Shown piece by piece: positions 19,596 to 28,856 of a stretch of 64,000 bases of DNA. The stretch covers positions 1 to 64,000 of the forward strand of contig JAKSOL010000005.1 in assembly GCA_024405635.1 (NCBI GenBank). The letters run 5' to 3'. Each line of letters opens with the position of its first letter. Within the stretch, counting starts at the first letter, position 1. The notes beneath the pieces were generated by a model that was given only the letters and a program-made list of their open reading frames with translations, had not been told where the DNA came from and searched no databases. The stretch comes from Salinivirgaceae bacterium. GTDB lineage: Bacteria > Bacteroidota > Bacteroidia > Bacteroidales > SZUA-534. The translations under genes were made by a program, and so were the position numbers.

Positions 19596-20792
19596 TTATT
19601 TTTCAGTCTTTCTCAAATCAATAAGTTTCTGAATGGTACGCTTAGGATGACTATTGCGGTCAAAAAGTGTAGCATAGTCGCTGCGACCACGAATTGGGAA
19701 GTCGTTTCGCCAAGAATTTGCATCGTTGAAACACCAGAAAGAAACACGGTTAACGGTCTCTTTGTGAGTAAGAAGCATTTTGTAGAAACCAATCCAAAAA
19801 TCGTCAAACTGAGTTTGAACCGAGTCAGGAAGCGCATCTTTGTAAGGATCCATCTCTGGGCGATATTTGAATTTATCGCCATCGGCAATGTTAGCGCCAG
19901 AAAAACCGTAAGGGTTTGGTAACATCGAAAGGTCAAGTTCCGAAAATGCAGCGTTTACACCCAATTCTTTAATGCAGTTGATTGAATGGTCGTACTGATT
20001 GATGATAACATCAGCACCATCTTCAAGAATTATGTGACCTTGCATGCCAATTGCGCTCACCTTCATGCCGCCATCGATAAGTGGTTTGAAGAATTTGCAA
20101 ACAGCCTCAACCTTGGTTGCCTTGTTCATCGAAAAGTCGTTGTAGAACAAATCGATTGTAGAGTCGGCATCATAAGCACATTTAAATGCCCATGGAATAA
20201 ATTCCTCGCCCATAATTTGATAGAAGAAGCTGTTGCGGAAACTGCCATCGTCTTCAAATGCCTCGTTTACAACGTCCCAAGCGTCAACTCTACCCTTAAA
20301 GTGGTTTACAACTGTGGTAATGTGCTCTTTCATGCGGACCTTTAGTGTATCGGCCGATACAAGATTGCCGTCTTGGTCGTGATGAAACCACCAAGGGCAT
20401 TGCGAGTGCCAAATAAGGCAGTGCCCCATTACCTTCATGCCAGCCGCTTTGGCCTTATCAACAAACTCGTCGGCAAGGGTAAAGTCGTAGCGGTTTTGTT
20501 CGGGATGGATAACCTCGCTCTTCATGCAGTTTTCGGCCACCACCCAGTTAAAGGTGTTGGTAATCTTTTCCCAGTTGGTAGTTTGGTCGGCCGATACCAT
20601 TCCGGTATAGTTGCGACCATCGGCCATCTTGCTATCGGCGGCCACCTCCCACTGGTTTACACTGCAACCAGTGTACCAGCAATCGGCGTATGCCTCGGCA
20701 AGAGAGGTTGTTTCTGAAGAACTATTACCACCACTACAAGAGGCCAACATTGCCACTGCAGGGAGTACAAGCAATAAAGTCTTACTCTTCAT
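19596..20792 (-). CDS. GH10 endo-1,4-beta-xylanase, lipoprotein
   Basis: Lipobox LASC; AENCMK, GHCLIWHSQ, WDVVNE (acid/base), YNDF, IGMQGH, SELD (nucleophile). Confidence 0.93.
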   Translation of the reverse strand: MKSKTLLLVLPAVAMLASCSGGNSSSETTSLAEAYADCWYTGCSVNQWEVAADSKMADGRNYTGMVSADQTTNWEKITNTFNWVVAENCMKSEVIHPEQNRYDFTLADEFVDKAKAAGMKVMGHCLIWHSQCPWWFHHDQDGNLVSADTLKVRMKEHITTVVNHFKGRVDAWDVVNEAFEDDGSFRNSFFYQIMGEEFIPWAFKCAYDADSTIDLFYNDFSMNKATKVEAVCKFFKPLIDGGMKVSAIGMQGHIILEDGADVIINQYDHSINCIKELGVNAAFSELDLSMLPNPYGFSGANIADGDKFKYRPEMDPYKDALPDSVQTQFDDFWIGFYKMLLTHKETVNRVSFWCFNDANSWRNDFPIRGRSDYATLFDRNSHPKRTIQKLIDLRKTEK

Positions 20793-20798
20793 AAGTAA

Positions 20799-22205
20799 TT
20801 ATTTCTTGTTACGAGCCTCAATCTCCATGTTCATTTCGTCAAGTTTCTCATCGGTAAGAGGATACTTATAGATAAGGAAACCAACAACGATAAGAAGAAT
20901 GGCAGGAATAATGGTAGTGAACCAAAGAATAGCCTCTTTAGCAGTTGCTGAGTATTCGGCAAGGTTTGGATAGTAAGCATTTACTGGTGCACTGATAAAC
21001 GATGCCAAGAACACTGTGATGAAGATAAGAATCATCAATTGCAAGCATTTGTTTGCTGCAAATTCTTTGAACATATCGCTGTACGAAACTGGTTTTTCTG
21101 GTGTGGTTGCAATGCGCTCTTTGCATCCTTTGAAGCAATAGAACAAAAGAACAAAACCAACAATTGCAAAGATTGATGTTACTGTAAACCATGCTTTTGG
21201 CGCAGTTGGAAGAGCTGAAGCCTCGCTTGCAAGGTTGAAACCTACCCAACCCATTACAAGTGGAGTGATAAATCCAGCCAAAGAGAAGCCTGCCTTAAAT
21301 GCAACACCAGCAAGTGCGTTAACTGTTGCAGCAGGACGGTTGCCTGTACGATATTCTGCCTCGGTAATTACCTCTGGAACCAATGCCCACATAAGCGAAC
21401 CTACCAAAAGGCCAACGCCTGTCATAACTTTTGCACTTTGAACCAATACGTTTAGTTCGGCTACATTAAAGAATTTGCCAATAACGTAAAGAATTGCAAA
21501 ACCTACAAAACCGATAGAAAGAAGCAAGTAATAAAGTCCTTTTTTGCCAAACATTCTCTTCAATGCTGGTAGCGAAGGAAGAATGATGAAAGCAGGAATG
21601 GTACCAATAGCCATAAACAAAGCTTGGTTCCAGTTAACTGACTCGCTGATAACAAGTGCCAAACCGATAGGGAAACCTGCTTGAACAATGATTTGACCAA
21701 TGTTTGCGCAAACCATACGAGTTGAAGTAAGTTTTAGAACCTCGTCGTTGTCGCGGGTCATACTAGCCATAATAGAACCGTAAGGAATGTTTACTACTGA
21801 GTAAATCATACTCAATACGGTGTAGCTAACTGTTGCATAAACAATTTTTGCGGTGTAGCTCCATTCTGCAGCTTGAGGAAGCATAAGCAAACATGCTGCA
21901 ACAGTCAATGGAATACCACCATAAAGAAGATAAGAACGATATTTTCCAAGTTTTGGATTGCTGTTGTCGATGTATCGACCTACGACAGGACTCCATACAC
22001 AGTCGATAAGACGTACGGTAAGAATAAGTCCACCAACAAAAGCTGGATTAATTTTCAATACTGTAGTTAAATACAACATTAAGTAGCAAGCTACTGTTTG
22101 GAAAATAAGGTTTTGAGCAAGGTCACCAGAACCGTAACCTATGCGTTGGGCCCAACTAAGTTTGTAGAAGCCATTTGCCTCTTCGGCTTTGTTTACTGAA
22201 TTCAT
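20799..22205 (-). CDS. GPH-family MFS xylo-oligosaccharide transporter with apparently permuted helix order
   Basis: GYGSGDLAQNL, GKYRSY, NIPYGS, TSTRM, EAEYRTGNR motifs; 12 hydrophobic segments; co-oriented with GH10/GH43. Confidence 0.9.
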   Translation of the reverse strand: MNSVNKAEEANGFYKLSWAQRIGYGSGDLAQNLIFQTVACYLMLYLTTVLKINPAFVGGLILTVRLIDCVWSPVVGRYIDNSNPKLGKYRSYLLYGGIPLTVAACLLMLPQAAEWSYTAKIVYATVSYTVLSMIYSVVNIPYGSIMASMTRDNDEVLKLTSTRMVCANIGQIIVQAGFPIGLALVISESVNWNQALFMAIGTIPAFIILPSLPALKRMFGKKGLYYLLLSIGFVGFAILYVIGKFFNVAELNVLVQSAKVMTGVGLLVGSLMWALVPEVITEAEYRTGNRPAATVNALAGVAFKAGFSLAGFITPLVMGWVGFNLASEASALPTAPKAWFTVTSIFAIVGFVLLFYCFKGCKERIATTPEKPVSYSDMFKEFAANKCLQLMILIFITVFLASFISAPVNAYYPNLAEYSATAKEAILWFTTIIPAILLIVVGFLIYKYPLTDEKLDEMNMEIEARNKK

Positions 22206-22570
22206 ATAAATTGGTTTTAATTAATTAATTTTTACTCAAAAGCTCATTATTCTCCCATACAAAAACGCATTCGGCTTCTTTTTGAAAAAAACTGAGAATT
22301 GCTTGTTACAGAAAAACAAAGGGCCTTTTTGTTAAAATGGTTATACTACTGCAAATAGAATGTATTATTTTGATAAAAGCAACACACAATGTCGATTTAT
22401 ATGGCACACAAAAAGCTTATCAATTGCAAAAAACTCATATCCATCGGCTTACCCTAAATTCTAATCGTAGTCCTTTATCAAGCACTTACCACTTCCCCAA
22501 ATGGCATTCAATCGATTATCAAAAGATTTGTAAATTAGCGGCACAAAAATCAATCTCAAAAAACATATTT

Positions 22571-23230
22571 ATGAAAAGATTATTAATGATTTCAGCAGCG
22601 CTTATTATGACATTTTCGTCGTTTGCGCAATTTCCACTTGGCTTTAACTATGGTGTTAAAGCCGGTTTTGGCATAAAGGGTATTGAGGCTAGTAGCCCAT
22701 TCATTGCAAGTGATGCTACAGAACAACTCAGTTTACATGCTGGTGCTTGGGCTCGTGCTCATGTGTTGTTTTTGTTTGTTCAACCCGAAATTTACTACGA
22801 GTACCGCGATGCTTCGTTTGATGTGTACTCAGTTGTTGATGGCAAAGTAACAAGCAACATTGAAAGCACAAAGGTTAAAAGCAACCAAATAAGCATTCCT
22901 GTTCTTTTTGGTTCTTCGTTTGGGCCTTCGCGCATTTATGCAGGCCCAGTTTACACTCGCACTCTAAAAAACAACGAAGGTTGCATGGAAAAATGGCCTA
23001 GCGAGAATATTGAATTCATTCCAAAAGAAAACACTTGGGGCGCTCAAATCGGTTTAGGTTTTGACATTTTCCGCTTGAGTGTTGATGCTCGCTACGAGTT
23101 AAACCGAAATAACACAACCCGTAAAATTGAAGATGGAATAGGTGCTATCTCAGGAAAACCTATTTATAAAAAATCGTACATTGACACAAAAGCCAACTAC
23201 TTTACAATAAGTCTTGCTTGGGAATTGTAA
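22571..23230 (+). CDS. Outer-membrane beta-barrel (porin family, 8-stranded type)
   Basis: Start moved to ATG 22571 (MKRLLMISAALIMTFSSFAQ signal); YGVKAG, FVQPEIYY, IPVLFG, VDARYE, C-terminal ISLAWEL. Confidence 0.8.
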   Translation: MKRLLMISAALIMTFSSFAQFPLGFNYGVKAGFGIKGIEASSPFIASDATEQLSLHAGAWARAHVLFLFVQPEIYYEYRDASFDVYSVVDGKVTSNIESTKVKSNQISIPVLFGSSFGPSRIYAGPVYTRTLKNNEGCMEKWPSENIEFIPKENTWGAQIGLGFDIFRLSVDARYELNRNNTTRKIEDGIGAISGKPIYKKSYIDTKANYFTISLAWEL

Positions 23231-23249
23231 GTTTTACTGAGTTACATAC

Positions 23250-23288
23250 AAAAAGCGCCGCACCCAAATAATGGATGTGGCGTTTTTT
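23250..23288. terminator. Bidirectional terminator between convergent genes
   Basis: aaaagcgccgca / tgtggcgttttt stem. Confidence 0.75.
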
Positions 23289-23358
23289 GTTTTCGGCTAC
23301 TCTTGCCTCTTTTGCAAGTTGTTCAAGTAGCCTACTAATAATATAAATCCTTTTAAAT

Positions 23359-25533
23359 CTATTGCTTAACCAATTGTTTACTTACTACACCTGCCTGTGT
23401 TTCAATAACCAAAGTGTAAATTCCTTTGCGCAAGTGCTCAACCGAATATTGGTTATCGGCCATTTGGTGTAGATTTTCAACCGAGCCGTTTGAGTTTATT
23501 ACCGAAACGTTAAGAGACTCAGCTCCTTTAATGTTTACAACCGAAGTTGTGGGATTTGGATAAACAACCACATCAATTTGCTCGTCAATTGCATTTTCAA
23601 CCTCAACTGCCACAACATCAAAACTAGTGGTTGTGCCGTTGTAGTCGGTTTGCGAAAGGCGGAAATAAACGGTGCCTTGTGGCAAGGTGCTTACAGCAAC
23701 CGAGGTTGAATATTCGTTTGCTAGTTGAGTAGTGCCAGCGCCTGCTACTATTTTAGCCTCGTACCAAATTTCAACGTTGGTTGAATATTCAATGGTAAAG
23801 TAGTCGTTGTTCAACTCCGATGCAGTTTCCCACTCAAATACAATGGTATTGTCGTCTTGTTGAGCCGAGAAATAAACCAATTCTATTGGAAGCGCCACTG
23901 ATATTTGTCGGATAATTTCGGCTATAACCTCCTCATTCATAGGTTTGCCATTGTATTGATTTTGGATTTCTTTAATTGCCTCTTTTGCAGTACTAGTACC
24001 ACCAGCCCATTCTGCTAAATTATTCCAAAATCCAGTAGTTATTGTCGGCATTTCATAATTATTAGTTCCCAAAACAATATTCGCATTTTCCTTCATTTTA
24101 AAACTGATGTTAGTAATTGACCCAGTAATCAACGTTCTTTCAACATCCAACCCCCAATCTGGATGATAAGTGTCTAAATCTTCCACCTCGTCAGTATAAG
24201 TTCCTGACACAATCAAATTTCCCTTTCCTCCATTTTGAGATTTTATATATGCCGTTTCTCCTCCATTCAAATTGCCACGAACCTCAACATTTGACACTTT
24301 ACCTGAATTGTTATTATAATACAATTTTGAGCCATTGTTTAATGTTAAATTGCCACCTTCAAGACTTCCATCTGCTGCATACGAACCAATACGCATTATA
24401 CCACCATTCATGTTGATTGTAGCATTATTGTTATTGGTAACATCACCTGCCACTTTTAGGTTTCCTTCTATTGTAGCGGTACCATTATTAACAAAGTCAC
24501 CAGGTATATCTAAATCAACTCCTTCACCAATAGTAAAAGTGGAACCATTAGTAAAATCATCGGCAACTGCTATCGTGGTGTTATTACCAAATGTTCCGCC
24601 TGTTGTTTTAAGGCTACCTGCCGATGTTATGTTTGAGCCTGTGCCAACGGTCAATCTTGCAAGTGTCAAATCTCCTGCAGTGGACGATATGGTTGCATTA
24701 TTTCCCATAGTAATCGCACCTGTAGCATTAGCACTAGATGCTGTTATTGTTGCTCCACTGCCTGCCATTTTCAAACTTCCAGTGTTTGATAATTTTCCGT
24801 CAACTATAAGACTTGCATTATCGCCCGAAAATGTTGTTGTAGCTCCATTTGTAAAATTACCAGATGCTGTAACTCGTCCACCACTTACATTTAATGTACC
24901 ATTGGTTGTTATATCTGTTCCTTGCATCCCGTCGCCTACAGTAACGGTTCCTGATGTGGAAATTGTTCCTCGTGAAGTTAACGCACCTGATACTGTTGTT
25001 TTACTAGTGCCTCCTGTAATCGAAATAGATTCTGCACTCACGTTTCCATTTGACACTTCAAGCGTTTTACTATTTGTCAACACTCCCGATACAATTAAGT
25101 TTCCTCCCGATATAGTAGCATTACCACTATTAGTAAAAGATTCTGCATTCAATCCTGTTGAAGAACTAAATGTTCCTTTATTTTCATAAGTTCCACCAAC
25201 ATCAATTTTTCCTGAGATATTATTAGTACCATTATTAGTAACAGAACCCGTTACTATTAAATTTCCTTTAACATTAAGTGTCTGATTATTATTGATAGTC
25301 AAATTGCCATTTATAGTTACGGTTACCCCTGCAGGAATTGTTATGGTGCTATTTTTAGTTTGGGGGATAATTCCTGTAGTTCTATAAGTTGAAACTACAA
25401 CATCCTCTGATATAACACCCTCGCCTATTGATACGTTGCTTCCACTCCAAGTTGTTGCACCCAATGCCATACTACTAACCATAACTAGTATGCTTGCAAC
25501 AAACAATTTATATAAATAGCTTTTCATCCTCAT
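23359..25533 (-). CDS. T9SS cargo protein with Gly/Thr/Asn-rich beta-solenoid region
   Basis: Signal peptide; recurring G(N/D)(F/V/L)TNxG-like motif; LPIELVYFSA...WETASELNNDYF domain; VYPNP...GIYTL...KQLVKQ CTD. Confidence 0.8.
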   Translation of the reverse strand: MRMKSYLYKLFVASILVMVSSMALGATTWSGSNVSIGEGVISEDVVVSTYRTTGIIPQTKNSTITIPAGVTVTINGNLTINNNQTLNVKGNLIVTGSVTNNGTNNISGKIDVGGTYENKGTFSSSTGLNAESFTNSGNATISGGNLIVSGVLTNSKTLEVSNGNVSAESISITGGTSKTTVSGALTSRGTISTSGTVTVGDGMQGTDITTNGTLNVSGGRVTASGNFTNGATTTFSGDNASLIVDGKLSNTGSLKMAGSGATITASSANATGAITMGNNATISSTAGDLTLARLTVGTGSNITSAGSLKTTGGTFGNNTTIAVADDFTNGSTFTIGEGVDLDIPGDFVNNGTATIEGNLKVAGDVTNNNNATINMNGGIMRIGSYAADGSLEGGNLTLNNGSKLYYNNNSGKVSNVEVRGNLNGGETAYIKSQNGGKGNLIVSGTYTDEVEDLDTYHPDWGLDVERTLITGSITNISFKMKENANIVLGTNNYEMPTITTGFWNNLAEWAGGTSTAKEAIKEIQNQYNGKPMNEEVIAEIIRQISVALPIELVYFSAQQDDNTIVFEWETASELNNDYFTIEYSTNVEIWYEAKIVAGAGTTQLANEYSTSVAVSTLPQGTVYFRLSQTDYNGTTTSFDVVAVEVENAIDEQIDVVVYPNPTTSVVNIKGAESLNVSVINSNGSVENLHQMADNQYSVEHLRKGIYTLVIETQAGVVSKQLVKQ

Positions 25534-25546
25534 TCATTCTTTGCGG

Positions 25547-25554
25547 CAAAATTA
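25547..25554 (-). promoter_or_regulatory. -7 promoter element
   Basis: Minus-strand TAATTTTG 13 nt upstream of the ATG at 25533. Confidence 0.5.
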
Positions 25555-25949
25555 CTTGCCATTTGCTTACCCATTACGGATATTTGACATTAAGGTTGCG
25601 CATGTTTTGAATAACACTTTTATCAAAACCAATCAACACTCACCAATGCTATTTTAGCTAACACATTATATATCAACACAATAAGCACTCAATACAAGCA
25701 AACAAAATATCAACTACAGGCATTGTAGGCATAAGAAAACTATGACCAACGGCGCAATTAATAAGACAAATAGTAAAATCAACCTTCGACCAAACAAATT
25801 GTAAACAGCACCAAAACAATTTTTGTCCGATTTATGTGGCAAAAAATATTTGTCAAAATCACCTTTCCATTTTCCCATTTCGTGCCTATAAATCAGAGAT
25901 TTTGCACGATATTTGCGCCAAGTATCCCTAAAAAAGAAAAGCAACGTTG

Positions 25950-28856
25950 ATGAAAACATTTCTTGAATGCGTAACCAATTATCTTTTAGATAATTACACC
26001 AACGATCTCCGCGATATTCTTTTAATTTTTCCCAACCAACGACCAAAGGCTTACTTATTCGAAAAAATAAAAGAACGCCTTAACGGGAAAACCTGTTGGC
26101 TACCTCAAACAGCAACAATCGACCATTTTTTAACCAAACATAGCGGTGTGGCAGTTGCAAGTCAAGAGACTTTGCTTGCCTTGTTGTTTAAGGTTTACCA
26201 AGACGTTTCGGCCAACAACAACGAAACGTTTGACCATTTTTATCCTTGGGCCGAAACATTGTTAAAAGACTTTGACGACATTGACAAATACATGGTTGAT
26301 GCTCAGTCAATTTTAAAGTGCATTGAGGATATTAAAGAACTTGACGACAAGTTTGACTACATAACCGAGGCGCAGAAAAATGCCATCATAAAGTTTTTTA
26401 CTAGTTACAACAATAGCCAACAAGACTCAGAACTAAAAAAACGTTTTTTAAGCATCTGGCACATCATTCTTTCGCTTTACAATCAGCTGAATGCCGAACT
26501 TGACAAACAGCACATTGCCTACCAAGGCAAAGCGTACCGAATGGCTGTTGAAAAAATTGGCGACAGCGAACTACCTTTCAAAAAAGTATGTTTTATTGGA
26601 TTTAATGCCATAACGCAAGCCGAATACCGCATTTTTCAAATATTGAAAAATAGGAAACAAGCCGTTTTCTTTTGGGATGCCGACAAAAACTTTATCAATA
26701 TTGACGACAACACACCCGGAGCCAACAAAGAGGCAGGACTATTCTTGCGCCGATACATGCAAGAATTTCCCAACCCAAACGGATTTGAATGCCCATCGGT
26801 TCCAATGAGCAACAAGCAGATACGTGTCATTGCATCGCCATCGCAAATGGGACAACTTGACGCGGTTGCATCGTTACTAGCCACAAACCAAAACGACATT
26901 CAAGACTCGGCCGTGGTGCTAAGCGACGAATCGCTACTTGAAACACTAGTTGACCGCATATCAGCCACCACTAGCAACATAAACATAACAATGGGCGCGC
27001 CCGTTAAAAACTCACTTTCGGGCCAATGGATTGAGGCAATTATTCGTTTACAAAGCAATATACAAGCATCAAAAGACGGCAGTTCAACCTTTTACTACAA
27101 AAACGTAAACGAGGTTTTACGCCACCCATTTTACACAATTGCAAACAACAACTTTGTAAAATCGACACTAGATGCCATCAGCAGCGAGCACTACTTTCAA
27201 GTGCCAATGAACAACCTGATTGACGATAACGACACTTTCTCAAAAACTGTTTTTACGCCAATAACCAACGCCGATAGCCTATTTCAATACATTAGAAATG
27301 TGCTGCACTTATTGATTGAACTATTTACCAACAACGATGAGCCACAAAACGAGAACTTGAAAGTTCACACAGAAATGCTTGTCAAAATTTGGAAGCAAAT
27401 AGGTCAACAATATGCTGAGATAAAGAAGAACAACATTACAATGGAAGTGGCCACATGCATAAAGCTTTTGCGCCGAACCATATCGTCAATCACAGTGCCT
27501 TACGAAGGAAAACAAACCGAAGGACTACAAGTAATGGGTTTTCTTGAAACTCGTGCACTCGACTTTAAAAACATATACATAACCAACGTAAACGAAGGCA
27601 TTTTGCCACTTGATGGAAAAGGTCCAAGTTTTTTACCCTACAACTTGCGAAAAGGATTTGGATTGCCCACCAACATTGAGCGCGAGGCTATGTATGCCTA
27701 CTATTTTTACCGACTAATTCAACGCGCCCAAAATGTTACTCTAATTTATTGCAACAGCAGTTCAGACCAAGCGCTTGAACGTAGCCGCTACATTTTGCAA
27801 CTAATTTATAGCAACGCAAAAATTGAGCAACTAACAATGCCAAGCACCATTCGCCTTTCGGCGCCAAGCAACCTTTGCATCGAAAAAACCGACGAAGTGA
27901 TGGCCTGCATGACAAAATATTTGGTTGACGGCAACAACGATAACGCTAAAGCCCTGTCGCCCAGTTCGTTAATAACATACCAAAAATGCCCATTGTTGTT
28001 CTATTTGCAATCGGTTTTGTCGTTGCGCGAGGGAGATGAAATTGAAGAAGAAATTGACGCCAGAGTGCTTGGAAACATTTTTCACAAGGCAGCCGAAACG
28101 TTATACAACGAAATAAGCAACGAAAGAAAAACAACAATTACCGAAGAAATATTGGACCGCACCGCCAGCAATAACGAGTTGATTGACAAGCATCTGCAAA
28201 ACGCTTTTATTTGCGTGCTACAAAACAACAAACACAACAACGATTTTAAAATTGAAGGCCGCAACGCTCTGATTTTCGAAATTTTACACGACTACATTGT
28301 TGCAACTTTGAAATACGACAAGCAACACGCTCCAATAAAAATAGTAGCACTTGAAGAAAATTATTACGCCACAATTGATGTACAATTCAACAACCAACAA
28401 CACAAAGTAAAAGTTGGCGGAACCATTGACCGCGTTGACATTGACAAAAACGGCACGCACCGAATTGTTGACTACAAAACTGGCAGCAACGACATCCAAT
28501 TTGAAAGCATCAACAACTTTTTCGACCACACAAAAATAGACAAAGCAAAAGGTGCATTACAAACCCTCATTTATGGTTTGTCGTACCAACAACAAACCAA
28601 AACCGATGCCAACATAAATGCATATTTATATATGATAAAATTGGCAAAGACTAACAAACCCGATTTTTTAGTTCACACAAAAAGCAAATCAACCGACGAG
28701 TTTTCAGAAGGTAACTTTGTGCGAATAAGCAACTTAGTACAAGAAAATACAACCAATATTATAGCCGAAATATTCAACAGAAATAACCCTTTCACTCAAA
28801 CAGAAAATGAAAAAAATTGCACACACTGCTGTTTTAAGCTTTTTTGCAGCAAGTAA
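25950..28856 (+). CDS. AddB-like inactive helicase / PD-(D/E)XK nuclease with 4Fe-4S ligands
   Basis: IFPNQRP, IGFNAIT, GLQVMGFLETRALDF, LSPSSL..YQKCP, GTIDRVD, IVDYKTG, C-terminal CTHCCFKLFC. Confidence 0.85.
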   Translation: MKTFLECVTNYLLDNYTNDLRDILLIFPNQRPKAYLFEKIKERLNGKTCWLPQTATIDHFLTKHSGVAVASQETLLALLFKVYQDVSANNNETFDHFYPWAETLLKDFDDIDKYMVDAQSILKCIEDIKELDDKFDYITEAQKNAIIKFFTSYNNSQQDSELKKRFLSIWHIILSLYNQLNAELDKQHIAYQGKAYRMAVEKIGDSELPFKKVCFIGFNAITQAEYRIFQILKNRKQAVFFWDADKNFINIDDNTPGANKEAGLFLRRYMQEFPNPNGFECPSVPMSNKQIRVIASPSQMGQLDAVASLLATNQNDIQDSAVVLSDESLLETLVDRISATTSNINITMGAPVKNSLSGQWIEAIIRLQSNIQASKDGSSTFYYKNVNEVLRHPFYTIANNNFVKSTLDAISSEHYFQVPMNNLIDDNDTFSKTVFTPITNADSLFQYIRNVLHLLIELFTNNDEPQNENLKVHTEMLVKIWKQIGQQYAEIKKNNITMEVATCIKLLRRTISSITVPYEGKQTEGLQVMGFLETRALDFKNIYITNVNEGILPLDGKGPSFLPYNLRKGFGLPTNIEREAMYAYYFYRLIQRAQNVTLIYCNSSSDQALERSRYILQLIYSNAKIEQLTMPSTIRLSAPSNLCIEKTDEVMACMTKYLVDGNNDNAKALSPSSLITYQKCPLLFYLQSVLSLREGDEIEEEIDARVLGNIFHKAAETLYNEISNERKTTITEEILDRTASNNELIDKHLQNAFICVLQNNKHNNDFKIEGRNALIFEILHDYIVATLKYDKQHAPIKIVALEENYYATIDVQFNNQQHKVKVGGTIDRVDIDKNGTHRIVDYKTGSNDIQFESINNFFDHTKIDKAKGALQTLIYGLSYQQQTKTDANINAYLYMIKLAKTNKPDFLVHTKSKSTDEFSEGNFVRISNLVQENTTNIIAEIFNRNNPFTQTENEKNCTHCCFKLFCSK

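Noticed and set aside
22337-22570. 78-aa N-terminal extension of the porin in the ORF track
   Set aside because: A clear signal peptide starts at ATG 22571; the extension is AT-rich intergenic/promoter sequence.
155-23288. Similar aaaagc(c/g)c hairpins (155, 1654, 12586, 23250) as REP elements for the Y1 transposase-like gene
   Set aside because: Stems differ in sequence, lack a shared GTAG-type tetranucleotide, mostly sit at gene ends with T tails, and do not flank the transposase gene; ordinary terminators.
24335-25189. 284-aa plus-strand ORF
   Set aside because: Antisense shadow of the low-complexity T9SS gene; Pro/Val/Leu bias mirrors its Gly/Thr/Asn codons.
25714-26046. 110-aa minus-strand ORF and other short overlapping ORFs in the track
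   Set aside because: They overlap well-supported genes, have no recognisable motifs, and often have non-ATG starts.
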